DNA of 64,000 bases from an uncultured Coriobacteriales bacterium (lineage in GTDB: Bacteria; Actinomycetota; Coriobacteriia; Coriobacteriales; UMGS124): contig CABQHM010000008.1 in the NCBI GenBank assembly GCA_902464015.1, positions 6,253 to 70,252 on the forward strand, written 5' to 3'. Made by a program: the position numbers and the translations under genes. Shown here in pieces: positions 35,724 through 43,389 of this stretch (position 1 is the stretch's first letter; every line of letters begins with the position of its first letter). The notes under the pieces were generated by a model, which worked only from the letters and a program-made list of their open reading frames with translations, was not told the origin of the DNA and searched no databases.

Positions 35724-36359
35724 CTAGGCGCTGACGATCTGGTCGATGGAGCCCTCGGGCATGCCGTCGACGGTGCGGTAGTACAGACCGCTCAGACCAA
35801 TCTGCTCGCACTCGGGATGCGCGGCGAGGAACACGCTCACGTCGCTCTCTGGGTCGTCAAGGTCGCCGAAGTAGCGGGCCTTGCCGGGGCAGTTCACAAC
35901 GCAGGCAGGCTTCTTGCCCTCGTCGACGCGATGGGCGCAGAAGGCGCACTTCTCAACGACGGCACCGCGCTGCTCGCCATATGCCTCGTAGGGGGCAGGC
36001 TCGTCGGCGTCAAACAGCCAGCCAGTGCCCGCGCTCACCTTGCGGGCGCCGTAGGGGCAGGCGCTCACGCATGCCTGGCAGGAGATGCACTTCTCGTAAT
36101 CGACGGCGACGATGCCGTCCTCGCGCGTGTAGGTGGCGCCGGTGGGGCAAATCTCGACGCAGGGAGCGTTTTCGCAATGCATGCAGGCGTGCGGGACATA
36201 GCAACGGCCGCTCTGGCCGGGCTCGTCGCCCCACTCGCAGCAATCAAGCTCGTTCCAGGAAACGCCGGGCTTCTGGTTGTTCTCCATCTGGCAAGCAACG
36301 ACGCAGGCGCCGCAACCAGCGCACCTTCTCAAGTCGATAGCCATGGCATAACGGGACAT
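35724..36359 (-). CDS. 4Fe-4S dicluster electron-transfer subunit (DmsB-like)
   Basis: Track ORF 35724..36554, start ATG 36359 (MSRYAMAIDLRRCAGCGACVVAC). Four CxxCxxCxxxCP-type motifs. Confidence 0.9.
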   Translation of the reverse strand: MSRYAMAIDLRRCAGCGACVVACQMENNQKPGVSWNELDCCEWGDEPGQSGRCYVPHACMHCENAPCVEICPTGATYTREDGIVAVDYEKCISCQACVSACPYGARKVSAGTGWLFDADEPAPYEAYGEQRGAVVEKCAFCAHRVDEGKKPACVVNCPGKARYFGDLDDPESDVSVFLAAHPECEQIGLSGLYYRTVDGMPEGSIDQIVSA

Positions 36360-36546
36360 AGCCTCCCCTTTCGTTGTATGGAACAAGTCCCCCTTCCGGG
36401 TTCCCTCACCCGGTGACCGTTCCCTGAAATCAATAATAGGGGCTGAAAATGCCAAGTACAGAAGGCCCCAACACACTTGAAATGCTGTGCCGAACACTGG
36501 CAAAATGTGGTCTAGACCAGGTTTTCGGTATGGTGCAGGGGGTGCT

Positions 36547-37245
36547 ATGGCCACAAAAGAGGATTACCGCGCAATTTTGCTGCCGGGGGAGTCGTTCGGC
36601 GTGTCCCAAATCGCGCGTTACAAGGATCGCGCCCACAAAAAGAAGCTGTTCAAGGGCGAGTGCATCACAACGGTCGCGCGCAGCATTGACGACCCGTACT
36701 ACTATTACATCGACGAGGGCCAGATTCTCACGACGTTTACCGACGATTCGGGCGAAGGCACCGTTGTGGCGTGGCGCTGTGCCGGCAATGCGTTTTCGGG
36801 CGAATACAACGATTTTGCCTCGATAGGAAAATACAAGGCCCGCCATGTGGCGGCAAAAAACAGCGTCTTGTTCGTATTCTCGCAGCGACAGCTTTACGAG
36901 ATTGCCAAGGAAGACCCCGAGGTCTTCTACGAGTACGTGCACAGCTGCCATATCCACTTTGCCCAGATGGCGCACCGCCTGTCGGGAACGGGCAACACCT
37001 CAACCGCCCGCCGCCTAGCCATGTGGCTGCAAAAACTCTGCTATACCAGCGACGTTGCCGATGACGGCAGTTGCTTTATCCCGTGCAAGATCACGATTAA
37101 GCAGATAGCCGACATGCTGCGCATCCACATCACCACCGCGACCAAGCTGCTTGCATCCTTTGAAGACGCCGGCATCATCAGCCGCACGAAGGAAGGCATC
37201 CTGATTCACGACGTGAACCGCCTCGACAGCGCGGGGATGGAATAG
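36547..37245 (+). CDS. Crp/Fnr-family transcriptional regulator
   Basis: Start ATG 36547. N-terminal cNMP-binding-like beta-barrel. C-terminal HTH IKQIADMLRIHITTATKLLASFEDAGII. Confidence 0.8.
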   Translation: MATKEDYRAILLPGESFGVSQIARYKDRAHKKKLFKGECITTVARSIDDPYYYYIDEGQILTTFTDDSGEGTVVAWRCAGNAFSGEYNDFASIGKYKARHVAAKNSVLFVFSQRQLYEIAKEDPEVFYEYVHSCHIHFAQMAHRLSGTGNTSTARRLAMWLQKLCYTSDVADDGSCFIPCKITIKQIADMLRIHITTATKLLASFEDAGIISRTKEGILIHDVNRLDSAGME

Positions 37246-37305
37246 AGAAGCGTCTGAGTTGCTGGGAAATTGTTGGCAGTTTGGGCGAGGAAAACGACTA
37301 CGGAG

Positions 37306-37420
37306 CGGTATACTGTGTTGCGATGGGCCCGGGATGACCGCTGATTCAAGTCACCGGGCCTGAATTTGTACCTGTGGGGAATTCGCGTGGCGGACGCCAA
37401 CCAAGAACTTCGAGGGTAGC
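37306..37420 (+). repeat. Copy 1 of a ~110-nt repeat carrying a conserved hairpin
   Basis: TATACTGTGTTGCGATGGGCCCGGGATGACCGCTGATTCAAGTCACCGGGCCTGAATTTGTACCTGT... Stems GGCCCGG/CCGGGCC and TGAC/GTCA. Homologous to 40365-40500. Confidence 0.6.
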
Positions 37421-37473
37421 GAGAACGAGAAGGATATGGGAGGGCAGCCACTAGCGGGGCTTTGCTCTCCCAA

Positions 37474-37507
37474 TAAAAAAACTGGAGCGAAACCGCTAAG
37501 CAGCTCC
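37474..37507 (-). terminator. Rho-independent terminator of the abi gene
   Basis: Minus strand reads GGAGCTGCTTAGCGGTTTCGCTCC then AGTTTTTTTATT. Confidence 0.75.
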
Positions 37508-37543
37508 GCCCCTACAAACCCGAAGGTTTTACGTATGAGAGTA

Positions 37544-38554
37544 TCATGACTGCACCGGTGCCCAGATGTCAACAAGCTTTAGAAGAAAATCAAAGAACGA
37601 TGTAATTACGTTGTTCCCCTCAAAGAGCGGGCGACTCTTCTCCCATGAGCCTCTCAGCGCCTCTAGTGATCTAGCGTGCCTTGCCTTCGTTTCGGATCTT
37701 ATGCAGACCAGCTGCGCCGCGTAGAGGGTTGAAGCAATCTGAACGGTTCTCAGGTTCGAGAGCCTTGCGCGTCTTGACTTGGTTCGCTTGAGACCATGCT
37801 TGTTAAGCGACGCGGTTATGAGGGCGTTGACGTCCGTACTTGCCTTCTGTTCCGTTCGCGACACGCCGTTGAGAATGCAGCTGTTGTGGGCGCAGGCGTT
37901 TCTGAGTCCCTGCGTGCTTCGAAGCACATAGTGCTCCTGTCGCATCTCTTCGTCGTCCCAACGGTTTGCGCAAAAGAGGTAGAGAGAATTGAGCGTGCCG
38001 AATTCTGCTGCCTCAAGGAGCACCCATATTGGGATGCCGGTGTTGTAGTAGTGTGCAACGAGATCGCCCGAGTACTCATCGTGCTTTTCGTCGCCGTTGC
38101 TTCTGCCTTTGAGGTTGCCACTGATGTAGCTGCGGCCCTTGTGATTCATCTGTGCCAAGAAGTCCTCGACAATTGCGTAGCCGTCTTCTCTGTGGGCCTC
38201 GCACTTGTTGAGCAATCTGACGCGAGTGAAGTGCTCCACGTCGATTGCGATGGGTAGCAGACATTCTCTGAGTTGCCTGTCCAGTGAGGAAAGGCTTCGC
38301 AAGTGCTCGAAGTCAAGTCCCAGGTACTTGCCTACGTGTGGGCCCTGGTCCTGTACTGGAAAGAGTTTACGGTAAGAGGATGTGCGTAATAGGTTATTGC
38401 CCGAACGGAGATAGTCGGTGGCTTCGGCCTCGGTGCAGAGGGCGAAGGTTACGCCTTTGGACTTGAGGTGGGCGATTTGCTCGGGTACTGTGAGCAGGGG
38501 CTTGTTGTGTGGCTGTTGCTGGGCCCCGTGAGCTTGGCCGCTGTCTTCGGACAT
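37544..38554 (-). CDS. Abi_2 (AbiD/AbiF-like) abortive-infection family protein
   Basis: LTVPEQIAHLKSKGVTFALCTEAEATDYLRSGNNLLRTSSYRKLF and downstream LRNACAHNSCIL fit the Abi_2 family pattern. About 336 aa. Confidence 0.8.
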   Translation of the reverse strand: MSEDSGQAHGAQQQPHNKPLLTVPEQIAHLKSKGVTFALCTEAEATDYLRSGNNLLRTSSYRKLFPVQDQGPHVGKYLGLDFEHLRSLSSLDRQLRECLLPIAIDVEHFTRVRLLNKCEAHREDGYAIVEDFLAQMNHKGRSYISGNLKGRSNGDEKHDEYSGDLVAHYYNTGIPIWVLLEAAEFGTLNSLYLFCANRWDDEEMRQEHYVLRSTQGLRNACAHNSCILNGVSRTEQKASTDVNALITASLNKHGLKRTKSRRARLSNLRTVQIASTLYAAQLVCIRSETKARHARSLEALRGSWEKSRPLFEGNNVITSFFDFLLKLVDIWAPVQS

Positions 38555-38843
38555 TGGGGCCCTCCTGTCGAGCTCGGTTGGATCGTATTGTGCCGTGCAT
38601 CGGGAATCCTGCGGTTTACATGGGGCCTGCGGGGGTCTTTCGAGTCGGCGTGTCAGTTCTCTCGCATGTAGATTCTTCTCGTAGAGATTGATGAGATGGG
38701 AACCATCATCGAACCGTTCATGAAGGGCCGAGTGAGTGGTCAGTAGTTCGACGGCGCACTGCTCTCACAAGATTCATCAGCATATGCGCTCGTTTCGAGC
38801 ATATGCCCTCTCTTCGCAGGGAGATAAAGGTGCCGCCATCTTT

Positions 38844-39230
38844 CTACTTCCAGTCCTGGGAGGTGTTTGCCGCCTCGCGGAATTCGAGGTACCGCATGAA
38901 ATCGTCGAGCATCTCGCGGCCGCTTCTGCTGAGCCTGCGCACGCGGTCATCGAGCGTGGGCGTGCGCTTGGCGTCGATATCGTCGCGGCCCACTACGAGG
39001 TCGATGCTGACGCCGAGCTCGTCGGCCATGGCCCAGGCGGCGGGAAGCGGTATGCCGGAGTTCGGGTCCTCCGGGGCCCGCTCGTAGCGAGAGTACGTGG
39101 AGTTGGGGATGTTGAGCGCGGCGGCGAACTCCTTGGCCGACGAGTAGCCGGCCTCGCGGCGCAGGCGCTGAAGCGTGCGCTTTCCATAGGCCTTTCCCGC
39201 ATCGCGGCGTGATACGACAGTAGATGACAT
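38844..39230 (-). CDS. XRE-family helix-turn-helix regulator
   Basis: LQRLRREAGYSSAKEFAAALNIPNSTYSRYER...LPAAWAMADELGVSIDLVVGR. Confidence 0.8.
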   Translation of the reverse strand: MSSTVVSRRDAGKAYGKRTLQRLRREAGYSSAKEFAAALNIPNSTYSRYERAPEDPNSGIPLPAAWAMADELGVSIDLVVGRDDIDAKRTPTLDDRVRRLSRSGREMLDDFMRYLEFREAANTSQDWK

Positions 39231-39329
39231 ATGCTGTCACTTGTCCTTTCCTGAAAGCGGTTTCTGGGAAACGGACGCACCATGCCCGCAAGGGCGTCAC
39301 CCTCTTCGGGCACCCTTGTTCATCGGGGC

Positions 39330-39971
39330 CTAAGACATCGAGCCCATCTCTTTCTCGGACTCGCGTACGGCTGCCATGTCGACCTTGGCGTACCTGATGG
39401 ACATGCCCTTGAATTCGAAGTCGCCGTGGATGCGGTCGTATGCGGCCATGATCTTGCCCATCGAATCCCTCACCCCGAGCTCCTGGCGCTCGTCAGCGCG
39501 CCTCTCCAGATACTCTTTGAATCGCTCACGCAGCTCGGCCGTCGTGGCCGACAAGGCGACGCCGGGCTCGTTGCAGTCGAGCTCGGCCAAAAAGAGACTG
39601 TCGAGCCTTGCGCACAGCGCCTCGGTGCGACGGTGCTCGGCCTCTGCCTTTCGCTTGGCTGTATCGGCGTTCTTGGCGGCCAAAAAGTCCAGGTAGTCGT
39701 CGAGCGAGGATTGGAACTCGGGGGCGAGCGCGTCGTAGCGCAGTTGCACCTCGCCGCGCTCTTCGGCGGGCGCGGGCTCGTTGCGGTCGACTATGACGTC
39801 GATGGACACGCCGAACTCGTCGGCGAGGCGCCAGGCGGCGGTGAGGGGAATCTTTTCAGGGCTGGACTCGTAGCGGGCGTAGGTGGTGAACGGGATGCCC
39901 ATCGCTTCGGCGAAGTCCCTGGCCGTCCTGTACCCGGCTCGCTTCCTCAGCTCCTGCAAGCCGCTTGCCAT
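39330..39971 (-). CDS. XRE-family helix-turn-helix regulator with a coiled-coil C-terminal extension (paralog of 38844..39230)
   Basis: LQELRKRAGYRTARDFAEAMGIPFTTYARYES...LTAAWRLADEFGVSIDVIVDR. Confidence 0.8.
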   Translation of the reverse strand: MASGLQELRKRAGYRTARDFAEAMGIPFTTYARYESSPEKIPLTAAWRLADEFGVSIDVIVDRNEPAPAEERGEVQLRYDALAPEFQSSLDDYLDFLAAKNADTAKRKAEAEHRRTEALCARLDSLFLAELDCNEPGVALSATTAELRERFKEYLERRADERQELGVRDSMGKIMAAYDRIHGDFEFKGMSIRYAKVDMAAVRESEKEMGSMS

Positions 39972-40364
39972 TTCGAATCAACTCCTCGTTTATTTTCATC
40001 CTGTGGGGGCGGGTCCCGCAAGATGGGGATTCATGCGACGCTTCGGGGCCAATTGTAGCTATATGTGGTGATTCGTGCTAGTAAAAAAACACCAAAATTC
40101 GCAAACAGTCTCAATCAAAGCTAAATTGCATGATATTATGGCGTAGTTTGAAAGCGCAATGTACTCTCTGATGAGAACTTGAGGGTTCTCGTGTGTCACG
40201 AGATGGAGAGTACTCAGCGCGAACGCGACCGGCCACGCAAGCAGAACGCGCGGCTGTGCGGGAAGTGTGGGCTGGTGGGAAGAAGCCAGCACGGACGGGG
40301 TTGAGCGCTTGTGTCGTGTTGACGGGTCACAACTTTCAGGCTCTTGTATAAACTTTTGGGCCGC

Positions 40365-40500
40365 GTCATAATACTGGCCAATGGCCCCGGAATGACCTCT
40401 GATTCAAGTCACCGGGGCTCGATTTGTTTACTTGTACGGATTCGAGGACGTGACCCTGGACAAGTTCCTTGAGGAGCACCCCGTGCCGGTGGATGTCAAG
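40365..40500 (+). repeat. Copy 2 of the hairpin-bearing repeat
   Basis: CATAATACTGGCCAATGGCCCCGGAATGACCTCTGATTCAAGTCACCGGGGCTCGATTTGTTTACTTGT... Stem GCCCCGG/CCGGGGC is maintained by compensatory changes. A TTGTAT-17nt-CATAAT promoter-like element lies just upstream. Confidence 0.6.
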
Positions 40501-40789
40501 TTTTAGACCTTAAACCAATGCCCATTTGTGAACGCTTTTGTGAAGCGGGCGGTTTGTGACGCCTGAGGATAATGCTGCCAGCGCAGGACAACCCTATAGA
40601 CGGTGATTTCCATGCCGAAACGAGGCCGACCGAGGAGATGGTCGAGCAGGCCAGCAAGCTGAAAAACGACAGGCTCTTTAATGGCGGCATAATGTCTCGT
40701 GCCGTTCGCAAACCTCCGACAGTTCGGGTATGTCTCGCAAGTCGGCCCATATGTATGATGGCTCCACTCTTTCAGGCGGGAGCATTCTC

Positions 40790-41431
40790 ATGGAACAGGT
40801 TTTGGCCGTTCTGGGCGATGCCATCCAAAGCACCCACCCCTTTGTCCTTTATTTCGTGGGTATGAACGTACTCACATTCGTTCTCTTCGCAATCGACTAT
40901 GCGATAGTCTGTCGCAACCAGGACCCGGACACCGGGCTCATGGATGGCAGGATTCTGACGCTGTTTGCCGTGGTGGGTCGTGCCCTCGGGATGTTCGTCG
41001 CCTTGGCCATCTTTACCAGGCTACACATGAACAAGGCCAACATCGCCTGGTGGTTCAGCGCCATAATGCTCCTGATTGTCTGGGTTCTCGTCGTTCTCGT
41101 GTGGGCCGGCGTCATCGAGCTGAGCCCGGACCTTGGTGCGCCGTTCAATATCCCCGTTCTTGTCGGGTTGGGCGTATACCTTCTTCTTATCAATGTCGTC
41201 ACGTTCGCCGTCTTCTGTCTGGACAAGAAGAGAGCCGTCAACCGGAGCAGCAGGTTTCCCGAGGCCGCCCTGCTGGGCCTCTCGCTCGCCGGAGGGTCCC
41301 TGGGCGGCATCGTCGCCATGCGAGTCGCGCACCACAAGACGTCCAAGTGGTATTTCACGGTTGGGCTGTCTGCGTTCATCGCCCTGCACGTCGTGCTGTT
41401 CTTTTTTGCGCACAGTGCCGGGATCGTTTAG
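40790..41431 (+). CDS. DUF1294-domain membrane protein (extended/duplicated form)
   Basis: Track ORF 40730..41431, ATG 40790. The C-terminal half (FCLDKKRAVNRSSRFPEAALLGLSLAGGSLGGIVAMRVAHHKTSKWYF) matches the DUF1294 signature. The N-terminal half is a degenerate copy. Confidence 0.7.
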   Translation: MEQVLAVLGDAIQSTHPFVLYFVGMNVLTFVLFAIDYAIVCRNQDPDTGLMDGRILTLFAVVGRALGMFVALAIFTRLHMNKANIAWWFSAIMLLIVWVLVVLVWAGVIELSPDLGAPFNIPVLVGLGVYLLLINVVTFAVFCLDKKRAVNRSSRFPEAALLGLSLAGGSLGGIVAMRVAHHKTSKWYFTVGLSAFIALHVVLFFFAHSAGIV

Positions 41432-41442
41432 GAGGTCTCAAA

Positions 41443-41988
41443 ATGGAAGTAATCGGACTTGTTTCTCTCCTTCTCCTTTTCTTCTTGGTTCTCGTGATTC
41501 TCGGGTTCACACTTTTCTTCGAAGACAGGCAAAACAAGCGGAATGCCGAGCTTGAGAAGGCCAGGCTCGAAGCCAAGTGGGAGCGCGCGAGCAAGGCCTT
41601 CAGGGACGACATGACCCAGGAGGGCTTCGAGGAAGTCGTCGCTGGGGCCGAGCGCCTGATCAAAAGGGTCGAATCCCTTAAGGTAAAGGGTCACAAGGTC
41701 TACGGCGCCGTCTCCGCCTTAAGCGGAATCAGCTCGTGGAAGTTCGTCATCATATTCGATTGCGGAGGGCATCTTACGAGCGAGTACATCATCGCGAGTG
41801 ATAACGATGACTCGAACATACCGGATCGCATTGCCAAGCACATCGCCGAGGGGATAAGGACCTGGTCGCCCTTGACTTGCAGGGTGGCTGCGGCTTTCTG
41901 CCCGTACTGCGGTACCAAGGCGGGCCAAGGCATGGTCTTTTGCCCCTCATGCGGCGCAAGGCTACCGCAGGTGCCGGAGAGGCCCTAA
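41443..41988 (+). CDS. Single-pass membrane protein with a C-terminal zinc ribbon
   Basis: Tail of track ORF 41050..41988. ATG 41443 lies 11 nt after the DUF1294 stop. TM helix VIGLVSLLLLFFLVLVILGFTLFF. C-terminal CPYCGTKAGQGMVFCPSCG. Confidence 0.65.
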   Translation: MEVIGLVSLLLLFFLVLVILGFTLFFEDRQNKRNAELEKARLEAKWERASKAFRDDMTQEGFEEVVAGAERLIKRVESLKVKGHKVYGAVSALSGISSWKFVIIFDCGGHLTSEYIIASDNDDSNIPDRIAKHIAEGIRTWSPLTCRVAAAFCPYCGTKAGQGMVFCPSCGARLPQVPERP

Positions 41989-42197
41989 CGTACCTTCGCG
42001 GTTGCTACATGGCGCATAGATGGATTTGGTCGAGCTTGCTCGCAAGCGCCTGGGCGGTGGCCAGAAATCTTCTGCCCGCGTGACTAACTGGCCCTCGAGA
42101 GCGGCATGGTTTCTCGCGATGATGGATTGCGCCTCTTTTAACGGTGGCTTTCTTTTGTGTCGCCGCCGCGCGCTTCTTGATTGCCCCCCTGTGAAGA

Positions 42198-42908
42198 CTA
42201 TTCTTCGGCGTCGTGGTTCGTGCGCCACTCGGGCGTGTCGGTGTCCCAGATGCATGCGAGGAAGTCGCCATCGTCGCTGTAGCCCTCGCAGGTGAGAGTC
42301 GCGCTCGTGACAAACGGCTCTGGCTCGGGGTCGTCGATACAGCGCAGTCCGCCCTTGCCGGTGTTGAGTTCCATTCCAAGTTCGAACCCGAAGCCTCGAA
42401 CCTCGAACTCGCAGCTCACGGTAAGCAGCATTGCATCGCATGCCGGAACCTCGCAGGAGTCGAAGGATAGCGCAGTTGGGACGAGGTTGGTCGGCAGCGC
42501 CCTGGCGAGGATCTCGCCGATGGCATTGGCGACCATGTCTTCGTAGGTGTAACGGTAGTCGCGTTCGCTGGGGTTGGCACCCGTGGGGAACTTGCTGTTT
42601 TCACTGACGTTCGCCCTATGCCAGACGTAGAAGTCGAGGTTGAACGGCAGATCCTCGGCCATGTCGGAGTCGTGGCTATCGTCGAGCCTGAGCCCGTGTG
42701 CCTCGGCCAGCAGACGAATGGCGCGGTCGAGGTCGAACACGTCCCAAGCGTCGGCATTTTCCGAACAATCGAGGACTTCTGCGGCGAGACCGCACGTGTT
42801 GACGCTACAGCCGTCGGGCATGGATTCAAGGGCGAAGAGGATGCGCTCTGCGTCCTGCCTGGTTGATGTGGGGATGGAAAGTAGAGCGTCGAGGTCTTCG
42901 TGGTTCAT
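42198..42908 (-). CDS. Strongly acidic hypothetical protein (236 aa)
   Basis: Track ORF with natural composition, D/E-rich throughout. I recognise no family. Confidence 0.6.
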   Translation of the reverse strand: MNHEDLDALLSIPTSTRQDAERILFALESMPDGCSVNTCGLAAEVLDCSENADAWDVFDLDRAIRLLAEAHGLRLDDSHDSDMAEDLPFNLDFYVWHRANVSENSKFPTGANPSERDYRYTYEDMVANAIGEILARALPTNLVPTALSFDSCEVPACDAMLLTVSCEFEVRGFGFELGMELNTGKGGLRCIDDPEPEPFVTSATLTCEGYSDDGDFLACIWDTDTPEWRTNHDAEE

Positions 42909-42928
42909 GGGATACCCTTCCTTTTGAG

Positions 42929-43135
42929 TTAGTCGACGGGCTTTGCATGGTACTGGTCGATGGGCTTGCCGTTCTTGTCACGCCAGTCCATCCGACTGTT
43001 TGACGAGTGAGCCAGGACGCCGACGCCCTTGACCCTGCGGCACATGTGGTAGGTGCCGTCGGGGATGTGTGACCAGTCAACCTCGATAGAGCGTTGCTTG
43101 GTGGCCTGGTCGAAGAGAGTCTCCTTCGAGGGCAT
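42929..43135 (-). CDS. Small basic hypothetical protein
   Basis: Track ORF 42929..43159, with ATG 43135 (MPSKETLFDQ) as an alternative start. It lies 20 nt upstream of the acidic gene. Confidence 0.4.
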   Translation of the reverse strand: MPSKETLFDQATKQRSIEVDWSHIPDGTYHMCRRVKGVGVLAHSSNSRMDWRDKNGKPIDQYHAKPVD

Positions 43136-43389
43136 GCGCGCACCGCCTTTCCGTTTCATTGGGGTGGATTATCGCACCGCGCAGGATGTCCGCCAATGGG
43201 CGACAGCGTGGTCGTAGGGATAAGTGTCCGTAACCGTTTGTGGTCCTGAGGGCGTGTTTTGCTTGCCAGTATGTCAGCAGCATTGAGCATTCTATTAACA
43301 GGTGAGTGTTAAACTGCCATGGTATGATACTTTTGACCATCGAGGGCGGCCTTTAGATTCCGCCGTCTTGTTTACCGCATAGGGGCGTT

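Noticed and set aside
37326-37360. The hairpin repeat as a tRNA fragment (GATTCAAGTC resembles a T-loop) or as an integron attC site.
   Set aside because: No acceptor, D or anticodon arms can be drawn. There is no GTTRRRY/RYYYAAC core and no integron integrase in the window.
40161-40213. CTGATGAG string suggesting a hammerhead ribozyme core.
   Set aside because: The obligatory GAAA element and a stem III/cleavage-site arrangement are missing. Only stem-loops unrelated to the hammerhead topology are present.
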